A stretch of 64,000 nucleotides of DNA from Albugo candida (lineage: Eukaryota), in assembly GCA_040437565.1 (NCBI GenBank), contig JBDOQK010000003.1:124001-188000 (forward strand), in the 5' to 3' direction. Positions 26,241-40,661 of this stretch are shown in pieces. The notes under the pieces are model-generated. The model did not search any database. It was not told where the DNA came from and saw only the letters and a list, made by a program, of their open reading frames with translations. The position numbers and the translations under genes are program-made. Every line of letters begins with the position of its first letter. Position 1 is the first letter of the stretch.

Positions 26241-27190
26241 AGAATAAAGGCCTATGCGTTTTCCTCCAATTTCTAACAGAGTCTAACACGTTTCCCCTAG
26301 ATTCCTTATAAGGTCATACGTGTATTTCTGAAATTCCCAGCAACTTCCATGCTTTTCTCCGGGCTTTCTAATAAAATCCCCTGATAAATTCCCACGCGTT
26401 TAAGTGCAAACTTCAACATCTACTCTCTTCGTTATCAAATTACAGGTCTGGTCTCTTCTTCTTTTCTTATTTACAATTACGAACAAAGTGTAACAATGAC
26501 ATCCATGCTCCTTTCCGCCTAGGCTATCATCAATTGCACCTATATTGGTGGCATAGGAGTGGCTATGACACTAGATCCTATATCACAGTCCGCTAGATAA
26601 TTGATGTAATACTTGTGATACTTTCTATTATTATTTCAAGTCTAAGGACGCGGTGCCAGTAGCAATATAACAAGTCAAAACCTATTGTCTACCTACCGTA
26701 CCTGCAGCATTCGTCGCCGAGTACGAATGAGCGCATCAGATGAAACATGGTTGCTAGTCATTCGGCCTCTTACCAGTTGGTAATGCTACTCTTTTACCTT
26801 ATGCTGCTTTCGGTACTACCGATTGTTCTCGATTTCTGATCGCAACGTTACCAGCTCTCAAGCAGCTGAGACACCGTATAGTTTTAACCCGCATCATAAT
26901 TCTACGCAATGTAATGAAAAGGCTGTGGACTACATGGGGATGCTCAATCGGTGTTGGCCTTGATGAAAAAGTCTATCAGCCATTGTCGCCAAGATAGCAC
27001 ACCACCAAGCCATCACTCAAACCTAGCGTTTCGCGAAACACGCTTCTCTCATTCGATTCTTGAGAAGTGTGATTAACTCAAATCACGAGTTTTTTTCGAC
27101 TTCCTCGAAATTATACATTTCGATCCAGGAAATCATTTAGCTGATAATGAACTAAATTTGTCCGTTTGCCGCCATATGCGTGTCTAAAAT
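26241..27190. repeat. Segmental-duplication block Z, copy C (resumes after the MULE)
   Basis: Colinear with ~870-1870 and ~33590-34530. Confidence 0.8.
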
Positions 27191-27614
27191 GTCGATAGAA
27201 ATGAAATTGTGGATGATGCACGGACACAACTACGTCCACTATCAACTTCCCCCATAAGCCTACTAGGCGCAGTTTACTGCAATAGTAGTCATTCTAGCGC
27301 ATGCTAACTTTATATTTGTCCGGTGCTCGTAATTATTGACATCTGTACGAGCACACGTATGTCAATATTTACAAGATAATTCATCACATGCGCGACCAAC
27401 GATGCACGGCATAGCCGTAATCTTGTTGCTCAGGCGCTATACGGATCGAATGTGTCAACTACGTAGACTATACACGCACCCTGTTCAGACTGTGTGCTTT
27501 CAGACTCCTGAAGGCAAAACATCCATTGGGCTCATTTACTTATTAGCCGTGTAATAAAGCTGCAACAACTCCGCATGAACAATCGAATTGAGGTCACAAT
27601 AAACAGAAAAACAC

Positions 27615-27688
27615 TTATCCATGCAAATTACTTCGTTAAGGATATAAACAATTATCCATGCAAATTACTTCGTTAAGGATATAAACAA

Positions 27689-27702
<14 letters not shown>
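27615..27702. repeat. 37-bp tandem repeat overlapping the DAHP synthase stop codon
   Basis: TTATCCATGCAAATTACTTCGTTAAGGATATAAACAA at 27615 and 27652, partial third unit from 27689. Confidence 0.9.
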
Positions 27703-29250
<1,548 letters not shown>

Positions 29251-29385
29251 TTTTGTTAGCACAACGCTTTTGGCCCACCTCATAGTAACTTTCATATCTA
29301 GCACCCCTCACAGATACATACTCACTTAAATCTAAATATATTGTTTGACTCGAAAAGCGTCAGTTTCCACGGCAAAGCACAGTGG

Positions 29386-29968
29386 ATGAAACGTTGGTAT
29401 ATTGTTGCGAGTGTTTCGGTCACTTTGATCAATGGAGTGCGAATTAATCACACCTCTCCCAGAGACGCACGCTCTCCCTCACTCACTTCAATTAGAATTG
29501 AATGAACTTCCAGCTGCAAATCTCAAAAAACCACTGACCGTGTCGAAGGTCTTCAGGCTTAAAGCAGGACACGATGCTTCATCAGCACGCTGGAGTGTTG
29601 ACAATATCTTCAGGAGAGAACGATCGTATATTTTATTGGCATTTTGAGGCTTATTAGAATCCCGAAACAGCTCCACTGCTAATTTGGCTGAATGGAGGTC
29701 CAGGGTGCAGCAGCATGGAAGGTCTTTTCTAGTAGGTGCTATGCATACAAAAATGATATTTGGTTACTTACTTTTCGTAATGATTGTAGTGGAATCTCAC
29801 CGTTCTTTTTAAAGAACGACCAAGATATTCGACTGAATCCGCATTCCTGGTTGAATACAGCCAATTTGCTGTTCCTAGATCAGCCTGTGGGCACCGGGAT
29901 GTCGTACACACACAGAAATGAGCATAGCGTCGATGAGGAAACAACCGCCAAAGACTTTTACGATTTTT
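29386..29968 (+). pseudogene. Serine carboxypeptidase (S10) 5' pseudogene fragment
   Basis: Closely similar to 35539-36120 (WLNGGPGCSSMEG, NLLFLDQPVGTGMSY) but frameshifted and truncated. Confidence 0.9.
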
Positions 29969-31462
29969 TATGCCGGCCGCATTGACGTACAATTTGGCCA
30001 AGGATAGATACAATTGGTGCTACAACACACAAGCGCAAAGACATTTGAACAATCGTAGACTATCGTGGCCGTGAATACGCGTGCTCGGCGGTTCGTCCTC
30101 TATCAATGCAATGGTATACATTCGAGGTCACGCAAAGGATTATAATAATTGGGAGAAAGTGGTGCAACAGGATGGAGCTATGCCGATTGTCTACCGTACT
30201 TTCGTAAATCACAATCGCATTCTTTAGGTGCGAATGCGTATCGTGGAGGATCAGGTCCTTTACATGTCACACGTGGGAATCAGAAGAATCAGATCTTATT
30301 CCAGAAGTTCATTGATGCCGCGATGCAAGCTGGTTATCCATTCACAGACGACATGAATGGGTATCAGCAAGAAGGATTTGGCTGGATGGACATGACCATC
30401 CACAAAGGATGTCGTTGGAGTGCTTCACAGGCGTACCTTTGGCCTTCTATCAAACGTCCAAATCTAAAAGTCATCACCAATACAATGACCACGAAAATCG
30501 AGTTTCAAGGTCTTCGAGCCACAGGAATTAGTGTTGAATGCAACTAAGTTGATTCTGGAATACAAATGGGTGTCAAACATCAATTGACTGATGTTACTAT
30601 TTGTAGATCATTCTCTCTGGCGGTGCGACCAACTCACCTCAACTCTTACTGCTGTCTGGCGTGGTCGATGCTGATCACTTGAAGCAAGTCGATGTACCAC
30701 TAGTGCATCATGTATTGGCTGCTGGACAAAATCTTGAAGATCATCTAGACCTTTACGTTCAATATGAATGCAAACAGCCAATCACATTGCATCGTGCAAC
30801 TTGGCACGAATTCAATCGTCTCGTCCTATTTTGACCTAATTCTTTCTCGCGCGATTAGGAAATATCCTCATACTCTGTTCCAAATCGCTTTGTAATGGCT
30901 ACTTTTCCAGACTGGTTGGGGTGCAAGCGCTCATCTTGAATCAGGTGATTTATTCGAAGGTATTCTCCTGATGTTAGATATCTTCCGTCCTGATATTGTT
31001 GTGCCTCTTGCCCATCCGATCATCGACCCAAATTACCTTGACACCTTACAAGATCGCATCGATATTCGAGCTGCTGTTCGACTAACTCGCGAAATATTCG
31101 AGCAGAAGGGCTTCGATGCATACCGTGGGAATGCAATTTCACCAGACGTTAATGTCCAGTCAGATGAAGAAATATATGCGTGGGTCCGTCAGCATGCAAA
31201 GAGCGCGTATTATACCTCCTGCACGAATCGGATGGGATCGGAATCTAATTCTGACGTAAATCCTTACCTTCAAGTTCACGGACTCGAATGTTTACGGGTG
31301 GTCAATGCGTCGGTAATGCCAAACGTCGTTAGTGGGAATTTGAATGCTCTGACGATCATGCTCAAAGAGAAAAGAGCCGATATAATACTCAAAAGTGAGC
31401 CGCTGGTCAAAGAAATCGTACAAGTTTATGAGCCACCGAGCTGGAAAGATTCGCAACGATAG
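29969..31462 (+). pseudogene. Choline dehydrogenase (GMC oxidoreductase) pseudogene, copy 2
   Basis: [64 protein letters not shown] and VVNASVMPNVVSGNLNA; stops and frameshifts; N-terminal FAD-binding motif missing. Confidence 0.9.
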
Positions 31463-31496
31463 AGAATTTCACAGAACATGATTTTTTCATTAAGAA

Positions 31497-31745
31497 TTAC
31501 CTTTCTCTTGAACGCGAACTCGAACTTTTACTAGACTCAGATTCCGAGTCCTCACGACTAGAATCAGCTTCTGAGTCTTCACTGCTTGAGTCGCTGGAGC
31601 TACTGCTTACACTCAAAGCTTGGGAGGTTTTGAGGTCGTAGTGGCTTCTTTAGTCGTTGATTTCTCGCGATTGAATGGCTGACGTAACTTCGGATTCCAA
31701 ATTTGTTAAGACCGCGAAGCACGCACTCGATTTGCTGGTGTATTC
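31497..31745 (-). pseudogene. ZCCHC10-like 3' fragment
   Basis: DNA similar to ~16650-16830; lacks the zinc-knuckle 5' part and has an internal stop. Confidence 0.75.
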
Positions 31746-32318
31746 ATGTATCTATCATCCAAGAAATCATTACCGAATCTAATGTTAATTTTTAGCATAA
31801 GTGCGTTAATCCTCTATTTTGGTGTATGGCGGGCCCCCGGTATATCCCTTCTTTACATATGCGAGCGAGAAGATTACCAGTCGACAATGTATGCACACAA
31901 GTTCTCATTTTATAGTGTTGTCTTACAGCTTCTCCTGGCGCTGCACTGATGCTTCTTCAAAGCGTAGAGGCAGCAGACGAAGAATCTTATCTTGGGAAGG
32001 CAATGGAGCCAAAGGAGGACATGCAAGATGAGATAGTCACGATAGTATGAGAAAGTATGGCATGTCGTGAAGGAGGCTTTTCATAAAAACTGGCGACGAT
32101 AATATAGCAATTGCCACTGCAAGAGGTGGTCACTGCATCGAGACTAAAAGTCCTTAAAAAAACATCGCACTAGAGAAACCATTATAGAAGGTTGTAGTGT
32201 GCTTCGCACTAATTGGAGAAAGCGTATATCTGCTCAAAAAGCGAATGTATTTGACGGTTCATCATTTATTTTGTGCTACCGACTTGGACCGAACGACTCG
32301 TTTTCTCACTTGGTGTCG

Positions 32319-33165
32319 CTAGTTCTTCTTTTTCTTCCCCTTCGTCTTATTGCTGGAGTTAATATTCTTGCTCGTAGTCGCAGACGGCCCATCTGGTCGC
32401 TTTGAAGATGCTGTGAGTTCATCCTGCAGCTCCTCTCCATCGTCTTTGGTGGATGGCTTTTTATTCATTGCAGCCGTGTGTATCCCATCCGATGACCGGG
32501 GCAGTGTCGTGTGCTGACCTTGTTCGATAGGGGTTTTAGGTAGATACAATTTCACGTACCTTTTTTTTATTTTCTCGTATCGTTTATAAAGAGTCCGAGC
32601 CTGACCAGTTTCCTCTATGATCCTAGCTTCCTCTTTGCAACTCTGCTCACCTTCAGCGGAAGTGGAAGTCTCCTCGCTTGACGACGTGGATGGGTCAACG
32701 CATGGATTTGTTGCATAAAGGTTTTGGTACAACCAATTGATGTATTCTTCTTTGTCTTGCCGGGTCACGCCTATGTACGCCAGGACAACGCTAATTATTA
32801 TATAGATCAGAATTACAATTACTGTTTTTACCGTTCTTATCCAAGTTCACCTCCAGCCACATGTACGCCGTTGCCGCTGCATATTTCCGCATGATTGAGA
32901 GTTCTGGGAATTTTGGGATAGATGCTTCCTTAACTAAGCCATTGAATCTTTCGATCGTATCCTTTGTTGCGTATGGGAACTCATGGAAGCGCTTTTCTTC
33001 ACGAACGCGAATTGCGAGCTCGAGCTCGATAACAGGTCTTCTTCTTTTATAATCGTCTATCATACTTTTGGACACCTCATTCTTCGACACTTGATCCGTC
33101 TGCGAACTCGAATTGATCATTATGAATGAGATGATCCCTATCAATTGAACAGCAATGTTGTTCAT
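32319..33165 (-). CDS. Secreted-protein (candidate effector) family copy E3, apparently intact two-exon gene (261 aa)
   Basis: ATG at 33165 gives MNNIAVQLIGIISFIMINSSSQ (signal-like). Exon 1 33165-32832, 61-nt phase-1 intron 32831-32771 (GTAAAAAC..TACATAG), exon 2 32770-32319 in frame, ending KTKGKKKKN. The intron position matches E1 and E2. Confidence 0.7.
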
Positions 33166-33309
33166 TCTTTTCAATTCTTTAGTATGAAATGTTTAGTCGA
33201 AAGCGAATCGAACAATGGGCACTCAAAATTTACAAGGATGGGTAACCCGGAGGATGTGAGTGTGCTACTTGCGAGGGTGTTCCATATTTAGTACGACTTC
33301 GAGCCTAAC

Positions 33310-34530
33310 GAAGCAACTATATAATTTTATTGTATCAGGACAAAGTTAAGTGGCTACACCTTGACCACGTCGAAAATCCTAACGGAAAGTTGACATTGGT
33401 GCTGCTTTGCTCAATCTTAAATGCAGGAAAAGGAATTCTCAAGAACGCAAGAAACAAGGCGAATGAATACCTAATTAGTATGAACCGAGTAGAAGTTAAG
33501 CAGTCAACAGACATTTGCCCAGTTGGCTAAATTTCGAAATCTAATTCCTCTGATTTCTCGTTAAAATCCTAAACGTTTCCCTATGGCTTCTAAAATTGCG
33601 CGTTGCTTTCAAAATTTTACCGAGGCCGACGCATTTCCTTAAGATTATAGTCCTATGATGTACAAAAAATGATACGACGCATTCCTGAGCTTCTAAGAAA
33701 AATCCGACTCATTCCTTGAGATTTTTCTGTTAAATTCCCACTCATTTGAGTATAAACTCCAACACATACCCTCTTCGGTTTGAGATACAGCCCTGATATC
33801 TCTCTTTCCTTTTTTACAATTACGATCAAAGTGTCTATGCTATCCCTGCTACTTACTGCCTGGGCTATTATCTATAGCACATATATTGGAGACACGGGAG
33901 CGGCTGTGCCACTTGACCATACATCACAGTCCCCTAGATAATTGATCTAGTCAATACTTGTGATACTTTCTATTATTCCTGCAAGTGTAGGATGCGGTGC
34001 CAGTAGCAATAGAACAGATTGAAAACCACTATCCACCTGCCGTACCTGCAGCATCCATCTGCGAGAACGAACGAGCGCATCAGATGAAACAAAGCTGCTA
34101 ATCGTTCGGCCTTTTACCAGTTGGTTATGCTACTTTTCTATCTTATGCTGCTTACGGTAGTACCGATTGAAGGCGATTATTTATCGCACTAATACTCGCT
34201 ATTAAGCAACTGAGACAGTGTATAGATTCCACCGGCATCATACTCTTACGCAATGTAATGTAAAGGCTGTGGATTACAAGTAGATGCTCTATGGAGGTGG
34301 CCTTGATGAAAAGATTCATCAGCCATTGTCGAACAGAAGGCACATTACAAAGCCATCAGACAAAATATACCGTGCCGTGAAAAAAGCGTCTCTCAATCGA
34401 TTATTGAGAAGTGTGATTGACTCAGATAAAGTGTGTTTTCGACTTCTTAGAGATTCTACATTTCGATCAGGAAATCATTTAGGTCAAGTTGGACTAGTTT
34501 TGTCCTTTTGGCGCCATACACGTGTCTAAA
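33310..34530. repeat. Segmental-duplication block Z, copy D
   Basis: Colinear with 587-1870; directly upstream of E3. Confidence 0.85.
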
Positions 34531-34977
34531 GTGTCGATAGATTTTCCTCATTGGCCTACTAGGCGCAGTTTATTGCAATAGTAGTCATTCTAGCGCATAC
34601 GTTTTGTTTTTGTCCGGTGCTCGTAATTATTGACATTTATAGCCCATTCGCTTGGCGTTTATTACCTGTACGAACACACGTATATTAATATTTACAAGAT
34701 AATTCATCACATGCGCGACCAACGATGCACGGCATAGCCGTAATCTTGTTGATACGGATCGAATGTGTCAACTATGTAGACTACACACGCACCCTGTTCA
34801 GACTGTGTGCTTTCAGATCCATGAAGGCAAGACATCCATTGGACTCATTTACTTATTAGTCGTGTAATAAAGCTGCGNNNNNNNNNNNNNNNNNNNNNNN
34901 NNNNNNNNNNNNNNNNNNNNNNNNNNNNNNNNNNNNNNNNNNNNNNNNNNNNNNNNNNNNNNNNNNNNNNNNNNNNN

Positions 34978-35405
34978 CTTGTCTTCCGAGTGTGACCTTC
35001 AGGCAACATTAGTGTCCATGTGGTACAACTAAAGAGCTCGTACCGTTTGTAGCATTTTGGTGGAGAATGAATCTCTTCTAGAAGACATGCAGGCGGAATC
35101 AGCGGACGGATTCCTTCGATTCGGACGTCAATGATAGCATTTGTATCGGCACTTTTTGTATTTCCGATAAATCGCTTCACTTTGGTATTTTGCATTCGAA
35201 GAGGTTCGCGTGATGCACCAATCGATAACTCGGCAAGATGCTTTTTACTCCTCTTACGACCAAAAATGTCTGAAAATGCTCCTTGACGACCAAGAAGATA
35301 TCCAACAGCGCCAAAACTTCCTGCTGTCAATAAAGATAAAGTTGCAGCGAATATTCCAGCGCCGATGGACACCATACTCGTGCCTGCTTCATTTCGTCCA
35401 TTCAT
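34978..35405 (-). CDS. Class I DAHP synthase, 5' part (remainder falls in gap 34878-34977)
   Basis: Open frame MVSIGAGIFAATLSLLTAGSFGAVGYLLG..DVRIEGIRPLIPPACLLEEI. Sequence left of the gap matches the 3' flank of the pseudogene copy. Start is ATG 35405 or 35375. Confidence 0.7.
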
Positions 35406-35538
35406 TTTATAGCACAACGCTGCTGCCCCACGTCGTAGTGCCTTTCATATCTAATACCCTTCACGGATACATACTCACTTAAATCTAAATATATTGTCCG
35501 ACTCGAAAAGCGTCAGTTTCCACGGCAAAGCGCAGCGG

Positions 35539-38166
35539 ATGAGACTTTGGTATATTGTTGCGAGTGTTTCGGTCACTTTGATCAATGGAGTGCGAATCAC
35601 ACCTCTCTCACAGACGCACGCTCTCCCTCACTCACTTCAATTGGAATCGAATGAACTTCCAGCTGCAAATCTCAACAAAACCTCTGACCGTGTCGAAGGT
35701 CTTCCAGGCTTGAAGCAGGACACGATGCTTCATCAGCACGCTGGACTGATTACACTATCTTCCGGAGAGAACGATCGTTTATTTTATTGGCATTTAGAGG
35801 CTTACAAGAATCCCGAAAAAGCTCCACTGGTAATTTGGCTGAATGGAGGTCCAGGGTGCAGTAGCATGGAAGGTCTTTTCTAGTAGGTGCTGTGCATACA
35901 GAAATGATATTTGGTTACTTCCTTTTCGTAATGATTGTAGTGGAATCTCACCGTTCTATTTGGAGAACAACCATGACATTCGACTGAATCCGCATTCGTG
36001 GTTGAATACAGCCAATTTGCTGTTCCTAGATCAGCCTGTGGGCACCGGGATGTCGTACACACACAAAAACGAGCATAGAGTCGATGAGGAAACGATAGCC
36101 AAAGACTTTTACGATTTCCTGATCAAGTTTCTCAAACTTCACCGCGAGTATTTGTCTGTGTCACCCAATCAACCAGCCCGCTCTCGATCCATTTACATCT
36201 TTGGTGAGTCTCATGCGGGGCGATATATTCCACAATTCTCACAATACATTCTTGAGCAAAATATCGCTACGAATGATATTCACATCAGCTTGGACGGAGT
36301 CGGAATCGGGAACGGATGGATCCATCCTATTATTCAATACGATTACAGCGAATACGCTCACGGAATGGGTCTCATCACAGTCGGTCAAGTGCGTGAGCTG
36401 AAAGCGATGTATGTCAAATGTGTTGCCGATCTCAACATCTCCTTTTACTCCAAAACGTGTCTCGATAATTTGTATTCGATCATCGACAGCGTCTCCAACT
36501 CACACGGAAAGCAACTCAATCAGTATGATGTCCGAATGTTTGTCAGCAGTATGCGCGAGTACCCAGTCGGAATCGATCATATCGTTGAGTACCTCAATCG
36601 CGTGGACGTTCGTAAAGCCTTACACGCAAACACTGAAAAATCATTCCGATACGATCAATGTAGCAGTGACGTTCACTCTTCGCTGTTGAAATTCGATGGT
36701 GTAAGCACATTNNNNNNNNNNNNNNNNNNNNNNNNNNNNNNNNNNNNNNNNNNNNNNNNNNNNNNNNNNNNNNNNNNNNNNNNNNNNNNNNNNNNNNNNN
36801 NNNNNNNNNNNGGTTGAATACAGCCAATTTGCTGTTCCTAGATCAGCCTGTGGGCACCGGGATGTCGTACACACACAAAAACGAGCATAGAGTCGATGAG
36901 GAAACGATAGCCAAAGACTTTTACGATTTCCTGATCAAGTTTCTCAAACTTCACCGCGAGTATTTGTCTGTGTCACCCAATCAACCAGCCCGCTCTCGAT
37001 CCATTTACATCTTTGGTGAGTCTCATGCGGGGCGATATATTCCACAATTCTCACAATACATTCTTGAGCAAAATATCGCTACGAATGATATTCACATCAG
37101 CTTGGACGGAGTCGGAATCGGGAACGGATGGATCCATCCTATTATTCAATACGATTACAGCGAATACGCTCACGGAATGGGTCTCATCACAGTCGGTCAA
37201 GTGCGTGAGCTGAAAGCGATGTATGTCAAATGTGTTGCCGATCTCAACATCTCCTTTTACTCCAAAACGTGTCTCGATAATTTGTATTCGATCATCGACA
37301 GCGTCTCCAACTCACACGGAAAGCAACTCAATCAGTATGATGTCCGAATGTTTGTCAGCAGTATGCGCGAGTACCCAGTCGGAATCGATCATATCGTTGA
37401 GTACCTCAATCGCGTGGACGTTCGTAAAGCCTTACACGCAAACACTGAAAAATCATTCCGATACGATCAATGTAGCAGTGACGTTCACTCTTCGCTGTTG
37501 AAATTCGATGGTGTAAGCACATTAAAAAATGTCAATTTTTTGCTGGAAAACAACATCCGAGTTCTCATTTACAACGGGCAATGGGATATAGTTTGCAATC
37601 CTTACAACACAGAAAAGATGTTATTTTATTTGGAATGGAAGGCGTCGAAAGAGTTTCAAAGCTCCGAAAAGTATACGTGGATAATAAAGGACCAAAAGGA
37701 GCCAGCAGGGTACGTCCAGCAAGGAGGCAATCTGACGTATTTGGTGGTACCTGGAGCCGGGCATCTTGTGACATATGATGTCCCGGAAGTGGCGTTAAAT
37801 ATGGTCGATCGATTTATTCATCAGAAGGGATTTGTAAATCAAAAGCAGTCGATAGCCAGTATCTATACAAACATTTCGCATTTAGCGTCGTATCAATGTC
37901 CGAGTGTCGAGGATTTGCAGGCTGTGAGCGCGTTATTCCATTCGGGACAAACGTTTGCAACGGCTTTGTGGATTTGGATTGTCATTCTGATGACACTTTT
38001 GAGTGCAGTGATATCCTCCGTTATCACAGCGAATCACTTGCGCAATCGAATGAGACAAGGCTTGGAGCATTGTGCTTTATTGGACCAAGAAGAAGGTGAT
38101 TTTTCAAAGGACCACACGGTAGATATCGCAACGAAAACGGTGATACAGGAGAGCCAATGTGATTGA
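35539..38166 (+). CDS. Serine carboxypeptidase S10 (Kex1-like; signal peptide and C-terminal TM)
   Basis: MRLWYIVASVSVTLING signal; WLNGGPGCSS, FLDQPVGTG, GESHAG, NGQWD and PGAGHLV motifs; intron 35883-35940. The internal 712-bp repeat across the gap is an assembly overlap. Confidence 0.92.
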
Positions 38167-38180
38167 AAATACATTGACAC

Positions 38181-39182
38181 TCATACAATCACATTCTGTC
38201 CTGAATGTATCGATTGTTTCCTTCCCGCGGAAGTTTGCATCGAGTTTCCTAGAGCAATATCGCCAATCGTAGCCATCAATGACGATCCTGCTGTGGAGCT
38301 GAATGCACTGAGAGCTCCTTCCGTCATGAAATTCTTCATTTTCTCTTGTGCATCTTTCTTGCATTTGGTGTACCCAACGATATTCGCGCCATTTAATACG
38401 AGTGCGACCAGAACGATGAGCGCCCACTGCAAATTGAATTTAAGGACAGAAATGATGAGGAAGAAGGCCCATAGAAGCGGTGTGCCGTAAAGAGCGGTCC
38501 AGAAAAGCCGAGAATCGACTGCGTGGGTCACCTTCCTCTCATGCGACTCGAAAATCCATTCACTCGTTCCGTCTTCGTTGATACGGTTCCACCAGCGTAA
38601 GCCAACTAATAAGCGACCGGAAATGTTTTTGACTGTCCAAAAGTCGAATGCTAAGAGTAGGACGCACAGCACGAAAATGAAGACAAAGCTGTCGGTAAAT
38701 AAGCCTCCAAATATGTAAATAGCGAGAGCGAGTCCCTAGACGTGTATGTGTTGATGTGGGTTATTAATAGAAAGAGGGAGTTCATACCTTGAAAAGAAGG
38801 NNNNNNNNNNNNNNNNNNNNNNNNNNNNNNNNNNNNNNNNNNNNNNNNNNNNNNNNNNNNNNNNNNNNNNNNNNNNNNNNNNNNNNNNNNNNNNNNNNNN
38901 ACCTTGAAAAGAAGGTGAAAGAAGGCCGCGACTGGATGATGAGCTTTACGTAATGTGAAAGTAGAGGAAAATCTAAGCGATTTGATGTAAGAGTGTATGA
39001 GAATATAGAGTGATGAAGACATAATGCACTTCTTACTGAGAAATAGATGATTTTGGAGCAGGGAAGGCTTGCTGAGCGGTTGAGTTGATGCCGTCTTCCT
39101 TCTCATCCACTTGTACCTTGATAAATTCTAGCTCGTCCGCAGAATCCTCGCCTTGGAGATTCTTCTTCTCTTCGCTCATCAT
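38181..39182 (-). CDS. TVP23: Golgi apparatus membrane protein TVP23 (FAM18 family), spliced
   Basis: HPVAAFFHLLFK and FDFWTVKNISGRLLVGLRWWNRINEDGTSEWIFES signature; exact 5' exon structure uncertain. Confidence 0.9.
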
Positions 39183-39488
39183 TGCGCCTTACTATTTACT
39201 CACAAAAGTACTAGTTTTATGTTAAGTTTTATGTTTATACGTCAGTCTAGGTCATTGTTGATGGCTCGATTACTAATGCAAGTTGAATTCGTCGCAGAAA
39301 AATACATTAGTGACGTTGCAGCGTAACTTTGAGACGCGAAAGCAGATCCTGTCAAAGGAAGTCAAGTAAGTCGAGTAAGTCAAGTCTGCGATTCGAAAAT
39401 CGAGACAGTGTGCATCATTCTCAACTTGAATTTGATTCAAATTTTGTGTCTCTTACACCATCATTAGACTTTAAGATCTGCAGCGAAC

Positions 39489-40601
39489 TTAACGCAATTC
39501 GCTCAAAGCCGCTTGTACTTTGTTTTTGTACTCCTCCATTGTTGCTTGAAGTGCTTCTAATTGTACTCGTTTTTGTTTCTTTGTATCGGCTGATAGTGTT
39601 TTCAATTGATCGCTGTCTATAAAATCTAAAATCGTGTCCGAGTCGATTGCCGTACTCATCTCACAGTCGTTGCTGTTTTCGATTACTTTTTGCCTTTCTG
39701 ATTGCTTCATCGTAGAAAGTAAAACTGTCTTCATAACTGTGCTCGGGTCGGGAAGAATGGGTGAGCCATTAATTGAATATGTCAAGATTCGTTCTCCTTT
39801 GCGGGCTGTCCGTGGCATTGTCTAAGACGCATATCAAATCATTACAATCCTTCAAAATAGAGTTCTATTTTCTTACTCGTCCGATGGTTCCGGGCATCCG
39901 ATCTAATCTTGTGATCGCTGGAGTCTCGAACTTGATGGTCATCGGACGAGGTACGGGCGTTGAAGATGCCAATGGTAGTCGAGCTTGATTCCTTCTTATG
40001 CCCTACTTCCACTCGAACATCAGCCTACAGAATGTCATCAATCGAGGCACTTTCCTTTAAAACAATTGTGTGAGGTGCATCATGTACATCCACGTGAGCT
40101 GAGATGGAAGGGTTCTCGTCCAGAGTATGATGCTGAAGCTTTACTTTCTTGATCACATTATCAATGTCTCCATTGTATTCTCTTATGAATGTGTTCCATT
40201 TCATACTTCGAACTTTTTCGGGAAGATAAAGTAATTGAATTTTCAATTCCATCTTTATATCCGAAATTTGACGTTCTGCTTGCACTTGAAGAGCTTCGCA
40301 TCGCTTGTGAACTACAGATACACGCTGTAGAGTCATACATGATGATATGTGCAGCCGTCATGCATCCCTGAAGTGTGGTACCTTCTTTTTCAAGCAAATC
40401 GAGCAATATTTGCGCCTGTTGATATTTCTCACTTTTATGTTTAAGTTGCGCCGGTTTTTGGGAATCGTTGTTAGTAGATGTGTTGGATGGATAGGAAGGT
40501 ATAAAGCGAATATCTTCGATGCAGGTTTCACGAATCGGTTGCAACGGTGTGCTTTTTTTGGTTCGCAGTGTTCTGCCAAGTCGCCGGCGATCCGCTGGCA
40601 T
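39489..40601 (-). CDS. Borealin/Nbl1-like chromosomal passenger protein, spliced
   Basis: N-terminal helix LLDLLEKE..LKIQLLYLPEKVRSMKWNTF and a later RTARKGE..YSINGSPI motif; three ORF pieces joinable by short introns. Confidence 0.7.
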
Positions 40602-40661
40602 TCTTTTCTAACTATCAAGTTATAACGGTATCTAGATTCTTTACAACTCTCGAAAGGGAAG

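Noticed and set aside
32985-33015. IRVREEKR in E3 as RxLR-dEER
   Set aside because: Not an RxLR match and not conserved in the other copies.
36000-37523. Apparent internal duplication or two carboxypeptidase genes
   Set aside because: 712-bp identical overlap across gap 36712-36811; one gene.
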